Shown one piece after another: positions 46,664 to 55,505 of a stretch of DNA of 64,000 bases. This DNA comes from a virus (Duplodnaviria > Caudoviricetes). The notes beneath the pieces were generated by a model. That model was given only the letters and a program-made list of their open reading frames with translations, had not been told where the DNA came from and searched no databases. The translations under genes and the position numbers were made by a program. Location: positions 96,001 to 160,000 of IMG/VR virus record IMGVR_UViG_3300046787_000508; one strand, 5' to 3'. The stretch's first letter is position 1; each line of letters starts with the position of its first letter.

Positions 46664-47455
46664 TTATTGTGGTATAGACAATTTTTTATCTGTTATATCC
46701 GTTTTTAGTGTTAATAGCTTATTAATGTATCCATTTCTTCTAAGTAATTTGAAGGTTAAATTCTCATATGAGTATTCTCCACCTCTCTCTAATCCACTTT
46801 GTCTGAAACGTTTTATCTTATTTTTTAAGGATTTTATCTGATTTATTACGTCAGACCCAGATTTGGACTTTTCAATTAATTTATCAATTAACCTCATATA
46901 TTCCTCACCCTTCTCAATTATCTTAGAATCATCAATAAATTCTTTAGTTTTTTGAGGTTCAATTACCCACTTATCGTTTAGTACTGAATACACACCTGAA
47001 GAGACGTGTTTTTCGTCAACGTCTTGAACATATAATTCAACTTCGTACCCTTTTATCTTAATATTGTGATTTTCGTTCCACACGTCTTTTTTTGCATCCA
47101 AAAATTCTTTTACTAAATCGTGATATGCAGTGTTATTGATTTTGGTACTTTTTCCGTTTTCATCCATGTCAACTAATATATGTAAATCAACATCTGAAAA
47201 TTCTGACCAATTGTAATTTGATAATGAACCGGTTAATACAATATCGTGTATGAAAAAATCAACACCTAAGAAATCAATGAACGTATCTGAGATTTTTATT
47301 AATTTCTCCCTTACGTTACTATCCATTTTATACGTGTCTTTGATTTTTTTGAAGATATTAGAATCTAATTCATCTTTAGCCGAAAACGACTTTATGATTT
47401 TATTATCTAACTCACTATCTTCAAATAGTTCATCAACTAAGGATTTACCAATCAT
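46664..47455 (-). CDS. Pol-beta-superfamily nucleotidyltransferase
   Basis: VLTGSLSNYNWSEFSDVDLHIL (hGS...DxD) plus VELYVQD. Confidence 0.85.
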   Translation of the reverse strand: MIGKSLVDELFEDSELDNKIIKSFSAKDELDSNIFKKIKDTYKMDSNVREKLIKISDTFIDFLGVDFFIHDIVLTGSLSNYNWSEFSDVDLHILVDMDENGKSTKINNTAYHDLVKEFLDAKKDVWNENHNIKIKGYEVELYVQDVDEKHVSSGVYSVLNDKWVIEPQKTKEFIDDSKIIEKGEEYMRLIDKLIEKSKSGSDVINQIKSLKNKIKRFRQSGLERGGEYSYENLTFKLLRRNGYINKLLTLKTDITDKKLSIPQ

Positions 47456-47697
47456 TTAATTTTTTGAAATTTGTATTTTCCGTTTATATTACTACTGAAG
47501 TACTTACCTTGAGATTCTGACATCCTAAATTTAGTGAATTCTGACCAAGGAAACTTGTAGTACTCATAAATACCTCCGTTATTGAAAGTAATCGTTAATG
47601 TCTCATCTGTAGTGTTATATTGTGCAGATTTTATGTTGGATGACTTTATGTCAACATTAATGATTGTCCCGTTAATTTGTTCCGATATAATTCCCAT
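47452..47697 (-). CDS. KTSC domain protein
   Basis: SSNIKSAQY......L.I.F..GG.YEY...P...F......S.GKYF...I.G.Y. Confidence 0.88.
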   Translation of the reverse strand: MGIISEQINGTIINVDIKSSNIKSAQYNTTDETLTITFNNGGIYEYYKFPWSEFTKFRMSESQGKYFSSNINGKYKFQKIK

Positions 47698-47773
47698 ATT
47701 ATTTTATTTATGTTATAATATAATACATTTTAAGATAAATATCAACGGATATTTTTTGACATTTTGTCATTTA

Positions 47774-47805
47774 TTTGTTTTTTATTAAAATTTGTTTTAC
47801 ATTTG
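47774..47805 (+). promoter_or_regulatory. Bacteroidota primary-sigma promoter for the clpC-like gene
   Basis: TTTG-N20-TACATTTG. Confidence 0.75.
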
Positions 47806-47828
47806 TATCGAACTAAAAAACATATGAT

Positions 47829-49850
47829 ATGGCAGTAGATTTCTTTGAAGAAGGACCAAAACAAAATCAAAAGAGTAGAAGACCTGGTTCAACAACACCT
47901 ATTTTAGATAATTTTTCACGAGATTTAATAAAGTTAGCTGAAGAAGGTAAGATTGACCCGGTTGTGGGAAGAGATAAAGAAGTGAAACGTATTTCTCAAA
48001 TCTTATCTCGAAAGAAAAAAAATAATGCGGTAATCGTTGGGGATGCGGGTGTTGGTAAATCGGCGTTAGTTGAGAAGTTAGCCATACAAATCCATAAAGG
48101 TAATTGTCCAAACAATCTATTAGATAAACGTTTAGTATCGTTGGACCTTACATCATTAGTTGCAGGAACAAAATACCGAGGACAGTTCGAAGAACGTATT
48201 AAAGCAATTTTAAACGAATTACAAGAGAATCCAAATGTAATTGTTTTTATCGATGAATTACATACCATGGTTGGTGCAGGTAATGCGAGTGGTGCAATGG
48301 ATGCCGCTAATATACTAAAACCCGCATTAGCACGTGGTGAAATGCAATGTATCGGTGCAACCACTTTCGATGAGTATAAAAAACATATTGAGAAGGATAG
48401 CGCGCTTGTACGAAGATTTCAAAAGGTTACCTTAAAAGAACCGACATATAGTGAGACAACAGAAATTTTAAATAACTTATCCCCATCATATGAAGATTAC
48501 CACAAAGTATCTTACGGTGAGGATGTTATTGACACTATCGTATTATTGTCAGATAGATACATCACAGATAGACAATTTCCAGACAAAGCCATTGACATCC
48601 TTGATGAATTAGGTTCAGAGAAAAGAGTTTCAACTAAAGTCCCTGAAATAATTGAAGAATTGAAAAAGGAAGTTGAAGTTATTAGAGAAAAGAAACTTCA
48701 AGTTGTTAAGAGTCAAAATTACGAATTGGCGGCCAAGTTACGTGACGACGAAAAGAAAGTTCAGAAGAAATTAGAAGAAGAAAAAGAAAATTGGGTTATC
48801 TCACAAAGAGATAATAAAACTCCCGTAATTGTTGAGGATGTATACAAAATTGTATCGGAGATGACAGGTGTCCCAATCACTAAATTAGACGTTAATGAAA
48901 CTGAAAAATTACTTGATTTAGAAAATATACTTGGTGAAAGAGTAATCGGTCAAGATGAAGCAGTTTCTATCATCTCAAAATCAATTAGAAGAAGTCGTGT
49001 TGGGATAAAAGATACAAATAGACCAATCGGTTCATTTATATTTTTGGGTTCAACAGGTGTGGGTAAAACTCACTTGGCAAAATCAATTGCGAGTACATTG
49101 TTTGGTTCTGAGGATAATGTTATACGTGTTGACATGAGTGAATTCATGGAAAAACACAGTGTTTCTCGTTTGATTGGTTCTCCTCCGGGATACGTTGGTT
49201 ACGATGAAGGTGGTCAATTAACAGAGAAAGTGAAAAACAATCCATTCTCAGTTATTTTATTTGATGAAATAGAGAAAGCACATAAGGATGTCTTTAACTT
49301 ATTATTACAAATCTTAGACGAAGGACATTTAACGGATTCATTCGGTAGAAAAGTAAATTTTACCAACACTTTGATTATTTTAACATCTAACATAGGTGCC
49401 AAGAAAGTAGTTGAATTTGGTGGTGGTGTTGGATTCAACACATTATCTAAGGAGAGTCAGTCTGAACAAGTTAAAAAGACTATTATAGATAAGTCATTAA
49501 AACAACAATTTAGTCCCGAATTTTTAAATCGTATAGACGATATCATCATCTTCAACCCATTGACCGATGATGTTTTAAATAAGATTATCACTATCGAACT
49601 TAATAAATTAGTTAAACGACTTGCAGAGAAAAAGTACGATATTGTTTTTGATAAAAGTGTGAACGATAAAATCCTTTCAATGAACAAAAATGAAGGATAC
49701 GGTGCACGACCTATTAAACGAATCATTCAAAATTTATGTGAAGATTTCTTGAGTGATGAGATTTTAAGAGGTAAAATAAAAGAAGGTAAATTAACAAATA
49801 TTAAGTGTAATAACGATGGTGTATTGTTAATTGGAAAAAAATTATTGTAA
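47829..49850 (+). CDS. clpC: ClpC-like double AAA+ chaperone lacking the N-terminal domain
   Basis: GDAGVGKS and GSTGVGKT Walker A motifs, KYRGQFEER pore loop, FIDELH, UVR-like QNYELAAKLRD, PPGYVGY, and VGF ClpP-docking loop. Confidence 0.93.
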   Translation: MAVDFFEEGPKQNQKSRRPGSTTPILDNFSRDLIKLAEEGKIDPVVGRDKEVKRISQILSRKKKNNAVIVGDAGVGKSALVEKLAIQIHKGNCPNNLLDKRLVSLDLTSLVAGTKYRGQFEERIKAILNELQENPNVIVFIDELHTMVGAGNASGAMDAANILKPALARGEMQCIGATTFDEYKKHIEKDSALVRRFQKVTLKEPTYSETTEILNNLSPSYEDYHKVSYGEDVIDTIVLLSDRYITDRQFPDKAIDILDELGSEKRVSTKVPEIIEELKKEVEVIREKKLQVVKSQNYELAAKLRDDEKKVQKKLEEEKENWVISQRDNKTPVIVEDVYKIVSEMTGVPITKLDVNETEKLLDLENILGERVIGQDEAVSIISKSIRRSRVGIKDTNRPIGSFIFLGSTGVGKTHLAKSIASTLFGSEDNVIRVDMSEFMEKHSVSRLIGSPPGYVGYDEGGQLTEKVKNNPFSVILFDEIEKAHKDVFNLLLQILDEGHLTDSFGRKVNFTNTLIILTSNIGAKKVVEFGGGVGFNTLSKESQSEQVKKTIIDKSLKQQFSPEFLNRIDDIIIFNPLTDDVLNKIITIELNKLVKRLAEKKYDIVFDKSVNDKILSMNKNEGYGARPIKRIIQNLCEDFLSDEILRGKIKEGKLTNIKCNNDGVLLIGKKLL

Positions 49851-49964
49851 ATATTTGACTTTTTAATAAAGTTATATATATTTATATCTCGGAGGTTCTC
49901 TTTGTCGATTACCTTTTCGTTTTTTTTTCATAAGTAAATGGGGTTGAACCCATTGAAAGACCTT

Positions 49965-49993
49965 AAACCCCGACAACCTGTTGGGGTTTTTTT
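49965..49993 (+). terminator. Intrinsic terminator
   Basis: AAACCCCGAC-AACCT-GTTGGGG followed by a T run. Confidence 0.8.
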
Positions 49994-50037
49994 ATTTAAA
50001 TTTGGTATTGTCAGAAATAAAGTGTATATTTACTATA

Positions 50038-50214
50038 ATGAAAAAATATATTTTAGTATTCGCGGTTATTGTATCGATTACAATGGCGGCATGTGGTTCT
50101 AAGTCTACCACAAACGAAGCAACAGACTCAACAGCTACTCAAGTTGATAGTACTGCAGTATCTGCGGACTCAACAACGGCTCAAATCCCTGCAGATTCAG
50201 CTGCAACAAAATAA
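50038..50214 (+). CDS. Small Bacteroidota-type lipoprotein (58 aa) with repeated DST/DSA motifs
   Basis: MKKYILVFAVIVSITMAA-C lipobox; start moved to ATG 50038. Confidence 0.75.
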   Translation: MKKYILVFAVIVSITMAACGSKSTTNEATDSTATQVDSTAVSADSTTAQIPADSAATK

Positions 50215-50216
50215 AA

Positions 50217-50238
50217 ATGGGGCTTCGGCCCTATTTTT
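50217..50238 (+). terminator. Intrinsic terminator with UUCG loop
   Basis: ATGGGGC-TTCG-GCCCTAT followed by TTTT. Confidence 0.8.
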
Positions 50239-50252
50239 CAATTTTTAACATT

Positions 50253-50426
50253 ATGAGAGAAAATTCAAAAGAAAAGGTGCTATTTGTATTAAACATGGCA
50301 TTACTTGTTTTATTGTGGTTCACAATAAATGTTTATCGGACTAAATTATCTGTTATAGAAAAAAGAGTAACGGTTTTAGAACAAAAAATGAATTCACAAG
50401 AAACAAAGGTGGTAAACGAAAAATAA
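50253..50426 (+). CDS. Small single-TM protein with coiled-coil tail
   Basis: MRENSKEKVLFVLNMALLVLLWFTI...; start moved to ATG 50253. Confidence 0.55.
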   Translation: MRENSKEKVLFVLNMALLVLLWFTINVYRTKLSVIEKRVTVLEQKMNSQETKVVNEK

Positions 50427-50452
50427 CTACCCCTAATTTAATAAAACAATAC

Positions 50453-50773
50453 ATGGCAGCTAAAAAAGAACCATACATTCGATTGGAAATCAATACCAAT
50501 CACCAAGATTTTACAGATTTCTACGACACCAATAAAGAAATAATTTATAAGTCAATCGTGGAAGTTTTCGAGGGTCTAAAGACATCCAGAAAGAAAACCT
50601 TAAAACTTTTAGTTGTTAGTCAAATAAGTGGATTGGAATGGGACACCGAATTTAACTTCTCCAAAACTGAAACAAAAATATTAGTAAGGGACGTTATTCC
50701 ATATTTTGAACAAATTGAAGATTACGAAACTTGTTTAAAAATAAAAAATTTACATTACGAGTTGACAATGTAA
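50453..50773 (+). CDS. Hypothetical protein with UVR-like C-terminal motif
   Basis: Ends ...FEQIEDYETCLKIKNL. Confidence 0.55.
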   Translation: MAAKKEPYIRLEINTNHQDFTDFYDTNKEIIYKSIVEVFEGLKTSRKKTLKLLVVSQISGLEWDTEFNFSKTETKILVRDVIPYFEQIEDYETCLKIKNLHYELTM

Positions 50774-50835
50774 TTTTTATAGTTTATATTTTAATAGTAT
50801 CAATCGTAAGAGATACGTTTATTTATTTTTGTCAT

Positions 50836-50870
50836 ATCCCTCGTTGTTTCTACTTCGGGGGATTTTTTTT
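50836..50870 (+). terminator. Probable intrinsic terminator
   Basis: ATCCCTCG...CGGGGGAT followed by a T run. Confidence 0.6.
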
Positions 50871-50966
50871 GTATTATATAAAGAACTTGTGGTTATTATC
50901 CTATTTTTCTTGGTATTTTAACACTTTTGTTGTATTTTTCTAATAATTATATAAAAAAAATACAAT

Positions 50967-51104
50967 ATGTTAAACTTACTAATATCTCTACTAATACTAT
51001 GTTCCACGTTAGGTGCAACAATTTCTAAAATAACTACGGATTACGGTGTTAGAAAACAAAGACAACACACGAGACCGTTAAGATTAGATAAAGATGTGTT
51101 ATAG
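50967..51104 (+). CDS. Small 45-aa ORF with hydrophobic N-terminus (not in track)
   Basis: MLNLLISLLILCSTLGATISKITTDYGVRKQRQHTRPLRLDKDVL. Confidence 0.4.
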   Translation: MLNLLISLLILCSTLGATISKITTDYGVRKQRQHTRPLRLDKDVL

Positions 51105-52535
51105 CATCATTCTTGAACCAATTAAGAAATTGTTAGTCACAGTAGTTCCAGGTTGAGTATTAAGACTCATCTTGTAATTTAAACTTAGACCAAACCTTCT
51201 CGATAATTTTAAATCAAAACTACTACCAATCAAAAAACCAAAATGTCTACCAACGGTTGTTCCTCCCGTTACTGTGTTATAGTTAATTGGTGAGTACGTC
51301 GTAAAAATTTGTGGAGATATGGTGACTTTCTTACTATATTGGAAAGGTTTTGTCCAAAATACTATTGTTGATGTTGTTAAATTCAAATCGTATTTATCTT
51401 CTTGATTTTTTAATAATAAATTAACCATACCGATGTTATAACCATAGGTACCGAATTTCGGGTGGGGTTTTATGTATGTATATCCGACTAAACCCATCCA
51501 TGTACCATTTAGGTACGCAAACGTTGTTGAGTAACTGTGGATTGAATTTAACATTCCCTTATCATCCAATTTCATTTGAGTCATTCCCGTTGAGAATGCA
51601 AATTGATTTAATGTTGACCAAATCATTAAATTGACACTGTATGACTTATCACCCATTAAAGATGATTTAGATATACCTAACGATAACATTGCACTATATT
51701 GACCATCAGGACTTTCGGTGGTTGCCAAATCTGATGCAACTAATGTTGGGTTTTGTGATTGTTGTTTTTTCTTTTCGTCTTTTTTCTTCTCTTCTTCTTT
51801 CTTTTTCTCCTCTTTAGATTCTTCTTTTTTCTCTTCTTTAGATTCTGATTTTGATTCCTCTTTCTTTTCCTCACTTTTAGTTTCCGATTTTGATTCACTT
51901 TTAGTTTCAGAACTACTTTCTGATTTTGTTTCAGATGAACTTGAACCACTACTTTCCGAACTTGAACTACTAGATGATGAACTCGAACTACTAGATGAGG
52001 ATGTTGAACCTCCAGTGTTTGTTGAAGATGAACTACTTGTGGATGCCGAACTACTTGCTGCCGATGATGCTGAACCACTCGCGGCTGACGACGCCGAATT
52101 ACTTGCTGCGGATGACGCAGAACTACTCGCAGCTGATGAGGCGGCACTACTCGCGGCAGATGATGCGGCACTACTTGCCGCTGCAGTTGCGGCCGATGTG
52201 GCGGCTGCAGTTGCGGCTTGAGTTACGGCTTGGGTTACCGTTTGTTGAACTGTCTGTTGAACTACGGTAGCCGCAGGGCATGGTAATGACGAATACGTGG
52301 CATATGTGGTTTGTAACCACACCTGTAATTGTCCTGATTGTACTTCTGACGGTGTAAATGTTCTTACATCACCATAAAAAGATACAACAGCATTACCATT
52401 AACATATACGGTTTTTGCCGTTCTCACTTCCCCCGTACACTTATCAATGAAGGTTTGTGTAAATGTCTGTCCATTAACTTTTTGTGAAAGTAATGAAAAC
52501 AATAAAACTACGAATATAAAAAGATATCTTTTCAT
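51099..52535 (-). CDS. Exported protein with Ala/Ser- and Glu/Lys-rich linker and beta-rich C-terminal domain (outer-membrane barrel-like)
   Basis: Signal peptide; AASSAASS/SSSS/EEKK low-complexity tract; alternating hydrophobic strands with Gly/aromatic residues in the C-terminal ~210 aa. Confidence 0.6.
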   Translation of the reverse strand: MKRYLFIFVVLLFSLLSQKVNGQTFTQTFIDKCTGEVRTAKTVYVNGNAVVSFYGDVRTFTPSEVQSGQLQVWLQTTYATYSSLPCPAATVVQQTVQQTVTQAVTQAATAAATSAATAAASSAASSAASSAASSAASSSASSAASNSASSAASGSASSAASSSASTSSSSSTNTGGSTSSSSSSSSSSSSSSSESSGSSSSETKSESSSETKSESKSETKSEEKKEESKSESKEEKKEESKEEKKKEEEKKKDEKKKQQSQNPTLVASDLATTESPDGQYSAMLSLGISKSSLMGDKSYSVNLMIWSTLNQFAFSTGMTQMKLDDKGMLNSIHSYSTTFAYLNGTWMGLVGYTYIKPHPKFGTYGYNIGMVNLLLKNQEDKYDLNLTTSTIVFWTKPFQYSKKVTISPQIFTTYSPINYNTVTGGTTVGRHFGFLIGSSFDLKLSRRFGLSLNYKMSLNTQPGTTVTNNFLIGSRMML

Positions 52536-52580
52536 ATGATTCTATTGTTGTTTATAATTTTTGTCATAACTATAAATACT

Positions 52581-52607
52581 AAAAAAGGAGGTTAATAAAC
52601 CTCCTTT
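52581..52607 (-). terminator. Intrinsic terminator after the CsgG-like gene
   Basis: AAAGGAGGTT-TATT-AACCTCCTTTTTT on the minus strand. Confidence 0.75.
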
Positions 52608-52633
52608 ATATAAATCAAATTGTAAATTACGTA

Positions 52634-53356
52634 TTACTTAGTAAAAATCCCCTTTTTAATCATTCTATCCAAAATATTAGCACATGCAATATCTAAAGCT
52701 TTCTTTGTGGATATTGAAATTGTAGATTGATTGAATTTTATTGGGTCTACAGTTGCGTCAGATAAAAGTGTTAATTCTCTATTTGTCTTAGCCTCACCTA
52801 ATCCAGAACCCGCGAAAACAACCCCTGTTTCTGCGTCTGTAAATCTAACCTGTAAACCAATACGAGTGACCATATTATCTCTAATACCATCTTTCATATT
52901 AATAGTTTCATCTTCAGATATAGAATAATCGTAACATTCAATTGTAACGAAATACTTCGCCAAATTAATCTTACCACGACCATCTAATTTATTTTCAGAA
53001 ATACCCGCTTGAGATGCTTGAAATTGTTTTACCATACGGTTTTTTATTTCTGTTGATGACTCAGTGAATTTAAAACGATTTAAATTTTCCAAATACTCCA
53101 TTGAAATATTTGCAACACCTAATCCTACTCTTTTTTCCTTTAACTCGGGATACATTTCGTATACTTCATCTGAGATTCCACACTTAAGTATTTGAATCGG
53201 AATTTGAGGACCCTCATAATCCATATAAGCGGATATGTCTTTTTTCTTTTCAAAGTCCGCTTTATACTCTTCAGTTTTTGTTTTACCGATTGTTTGTGCT
53301 GTAGATACGAAACTAAAGAACATACAAACTAATAATAATGATAATGTTTTTTTCAT
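52634..53356 (-). CDS. CsgG/HfaB-like exported protein
   Basis: Signal peptide; G.G+...L...L....RF...E, A.Y.V...., +G++++..D.ETG.+....G.G.A pattern of the CsgG/TolB-N fold; start moved to MKKT. Confidence 0.6.
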   Translation of the reverse strand: MKKTLSLLLVCMFFSFVSTAQTIGKTKTEEYKADFEKKKDISAYMDYEGPQIPIQILKCGISDEVYEMYPELKEKRVGLGVANISMEYLENLNRFKFTESSTEIKNRMVKQFQASQAGISENKLDGRGKINLAKYFVTIECYDYSISEDETINMKDGIRDNMVTRIGLQVRFTDAETGVVFAGSGLGEAKTNRELTLLSDATVDPIKFNQSTISISTKKALDIACANILDRMIKKGIFTK

Positions 53357-53370
53357 AATAATGTGTTTAT

Positions 53371-53577
53371 TTAATATCTTTTCGGCCAAGACCAACCTTT
53401 TTTAATACCACGAAGACCTAATAATGTTGAAAATCCAAAAAATTGAATAACCCATAATATGCCGGCCCAATTGGTCGTCTTTAATTCATGGTCAAACACA
53501 ATGGTTAATGTCACCATGTAAATTATAAGTGAATAAAACAAAATAACTTGTTCATATCTTAAAAACCAATTTTTCAT
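53371..53577 (-). CDS. Small 2-TM membrane protein
   Basis: Two hydrophobic segments in 68 aa. Confidence 0.55.
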   Translation of the reverse strand: MKNWFLRYEQVILFYSLIIYMVTLTIVFDHELKTTNWAGILWVIQFFGFSTLLGLRGIKKGWSWPKRY

Positions 53578-53580
53578 AAC

Positions 53581-53811
53581 TTAGTTGTTTACGGGACCTT
53601 CGTACCAAATGTTATCAGGATTGTTTTTAAATCTTCCATCAATTTTCCATGTCACCTTATTTGAAATGTCTCTCATTCTATCTTGTTGATTCGTAAATTC
53701 AAGATAAATAAAAAACACTTGTGTTGACAGGGCAACTACAATCCATACCATTGTAAGGATTAGAAATGAGTTAAAAAGTAACTCACTTGTTTTGTTCAAT
53801 ATTTTTGTCAT
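53581..53811 (-). CDS. Small single-TM membrane protein
   Basis: Hydrophobic residues 11-37; ATATTTAT upstream (53828-53835). Confidence 0.55.
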   Translation of the reverse strand: MTKILNKTSELLFNSFLILTMVWIVVALSTQVFFIYLEFTNQQDRMRDISNKVTWKIDGRFKNNPDNIWYEGPVNN

Positions 53812-53835
53812 AATATATTGTTTTATTATAAATAT

Positions 53836-53861
53836 AAAAAAAGGGAGATAAATCCCCCTTT
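53836..53861 (-). terminator. Intrinsic terminator
   Basis: AAAGGGGGAT-TTA-TCTCCCTTTTTTT (imperfect stem) on the minus strand. Confidence 0.6.
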
Positions 53862-53863
53862 AA

Positions 53864-54112
53864 TTATCCTTCATTTTCTTCTTTCTTCTTATGTGTGAAT
53901 TTATCCACCGTATCCGCACCCATACCAATTCCCGTTATAATCATAACGGCATTTACTAAGTCAGGTGACGGAGCAAAATCGGCATGTGAGAACGAATTTA
54001 AAATCATTGTAACACATAAAAATAGTGCACCAATCATAGCGATTACCGGTTTTACCGATATTGAACCTCTTTCATCTTTGAAAAGTTCGATAACCCATTC
54101 TTTAAATTTCAT
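53864..54112 (-). CDS. Holin-like 2-TM protein
   Basis: 82 aa; D.RG..S.K, two TM helices and a charged C-terminus (KKKEENEG). Confidence 0.5.
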   Translation of the reverse strand: MKFKEWVIELFKDERGSISVKPVIAMIGALFLCVTMILNSFSHADFAPSPDLVNAVMIITGIGMGADTVDKFTHKKKEENEG

Positions 54113-54140
54113 AGTTTATTTATTTTTGTCATTTTATTTA

Positions 54141-54743
54141 TTAACCTTCCATGTCCATTTCGGCATATTCGTCTTTTACTTTACCACACTTCAAACATTC
54201 CTCAGTTCCATCACCATCTAAATCACCCCAAACGTGTTCACATTGTCTGTGGGCGAAATATTCGTCAATTTTACCGTCACCGTCAAAGTCTAAACCGTCC
54301 ATAACACCATCACCATCCTCGTCAATCTCAACTCCCTTTTTCTCAGGTTGGTCACTTACTTGGACATCTTGTCCAACTTCTGACGATTCTGTTAACACTA
54401 ATGGCGTTGTTGACATTGGTACAATCGGATTATTAGGACCATCTGCGGTATTACTTAAGGAAATTCCATCTTCTTCGTCCATTTTCTGAACTAACATTTT
54501 ATCCTTATCAGTATCACTAAACCAATAGTCAATGATTTTACCGTAAGAACCAATGAAAGCACCTAACATTAATAATAATAATTCTTTCCATTCAGCTGAT
54601 GCCGCTGTGTTTGTGGTTATTGCTCCAAAAATACCACCGATAATTATCATAAATCCACCCAATACCATCGCAGAAATATACCATCTACGTTGCATCATTG
54701 AATTTAATAGTTCTTTAAACCCACTTGGTTGTTGTTCAGCCAT
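54141..54743 (-). CDS. 2-TM membrane protein with DxDGDG calcium-binding-like repeats and Cys/His motif
   Basis: DEDGDG, DFDGDG, DLDGDG; CEH...CLKC. Confidence 0.6.
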   Translation of the reverse strand: MAEQQPSGFKELLNSMMQRRWYISAMVLGGFMIIIGGIFGAITTNTAASAEWKELLLLMLGAFIGSYGKIIDYWFSDTDKDKMLVQKMDEEDGISLSNTADGPNNPIVPMSTTPLVLTESSEVGQDVQVSDQPEKKGVEIDEDGDGVMDGLDFDGDGKIDEYFAHRQCEHVWGDLDGDGTEECLKCGKVKDEYAEMDMEG

Positions 54744-54773
54744 ATTCTTTTAAATTTTTAACTTTTTAATTTA

Positions 54774-55100
54774 TTACCACTGAGCAGGTTTTTCCTTAAA
54801 CTCATCACCTTCTTTTTTCTTAGGTGCCGGAGCAGGTGCAGGTGCCGATTGTTGTGTAGGTGTTGCCTTTTCTTTAATGATAACTGTTTTACCAGCTGCG
54901 GCTGATTGTTGTTGTGCTTGTTGATTTGAGTTTGTAATGTTAATTACCGGTGCGGCTTGTACGGGTGCAGGTTCGTCACCACCACCTCCAAGTAAACTAG
55001 CAGCCCAAACACCACCCGCAGTTACTATTGTACCTAAAGTACCGATTATGGTTTTTTTCAACCCACTCATTGTTCCGTCGTTTTCTGTTTCTTCTGACAT
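54774..55100 (-). CDS. Single-TM protein with Pro/Ala/Gln-rich tail
   Basis: TM at residues ~17-37; PAPAPAPKKKEG...W tail. Confidence 0.55.
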   Translation of the reverse strand: MSEETENDGTMSGLKKTIIGTLGTIVTAGGVWAASLLGGGGDEPAPVQAAPVINITNSNQQAQQQSAAAGKTVIIKEKATPTQQSAPAPAPAPKKKEGDEFKEKPAQW

Positions 55101-55124
55101 AATTCTATTTTTAATTTTTTTTTA

Positions 55125-55505
55125 TTATAATTTATTAAAATCTGTAATACCTAACTCCACTCCATTTGAATCGAATAAACCAATTCTATAAGCCGATGGT
55201 GGTAAAGATGAAGTATATACTTTAAGTATATTGTTTCCTGATTTTACTTCAATTTCTTCTTTTGACACAACTTTATTAGTTATGTCAAATATTTTTATTG
55301 TTACTACACCGTTAATTTCGGTCTTAACATTCATTGCAACTTCGCTCGTAACAAACGGAGTTTCTAATTTTATCCCGACTGAATTTTTAATCTGTAATTG
55401 GGGGGTTACAGATACTTCAGGTTCTACTATGAAATCATCTTTGGTACAACCTCCAAGAGTCATAATAATTAACGTAAGAGTTAATAGTTTTTTCATTTTT
55501 GTCAT
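55125..55505 (-). CDS. Lipoprotein resembling a T9SS C-terminal sorting (Ig-like) domain
   Basis: LGG-CTKDD lipobox plus export-signal-like KDD; VTIKIFDITNKVV...G.N......SLPPSAY.I. Confidence 0.6.
   Translation of the reverse strand: MTKMKKLLTLTLIIMTLGGCTKDDFIVEPEVSVTPQLQIKNSVGIKLETPFVTSEVAMNVKTEINGVVTIKIFDITNKVVSKEEIEVKSGNNILKVYTSSLPPSAYRIGLFDSNGVELGITDFNKL

Noticed and set aside
52581-52607. Hairpin containing both GGAGGT and ACCTCCTTT (SD/anti-SD mimic)
   Set aside because: It is fully explained as the intrinsic terminator of the CsgG-like gene.
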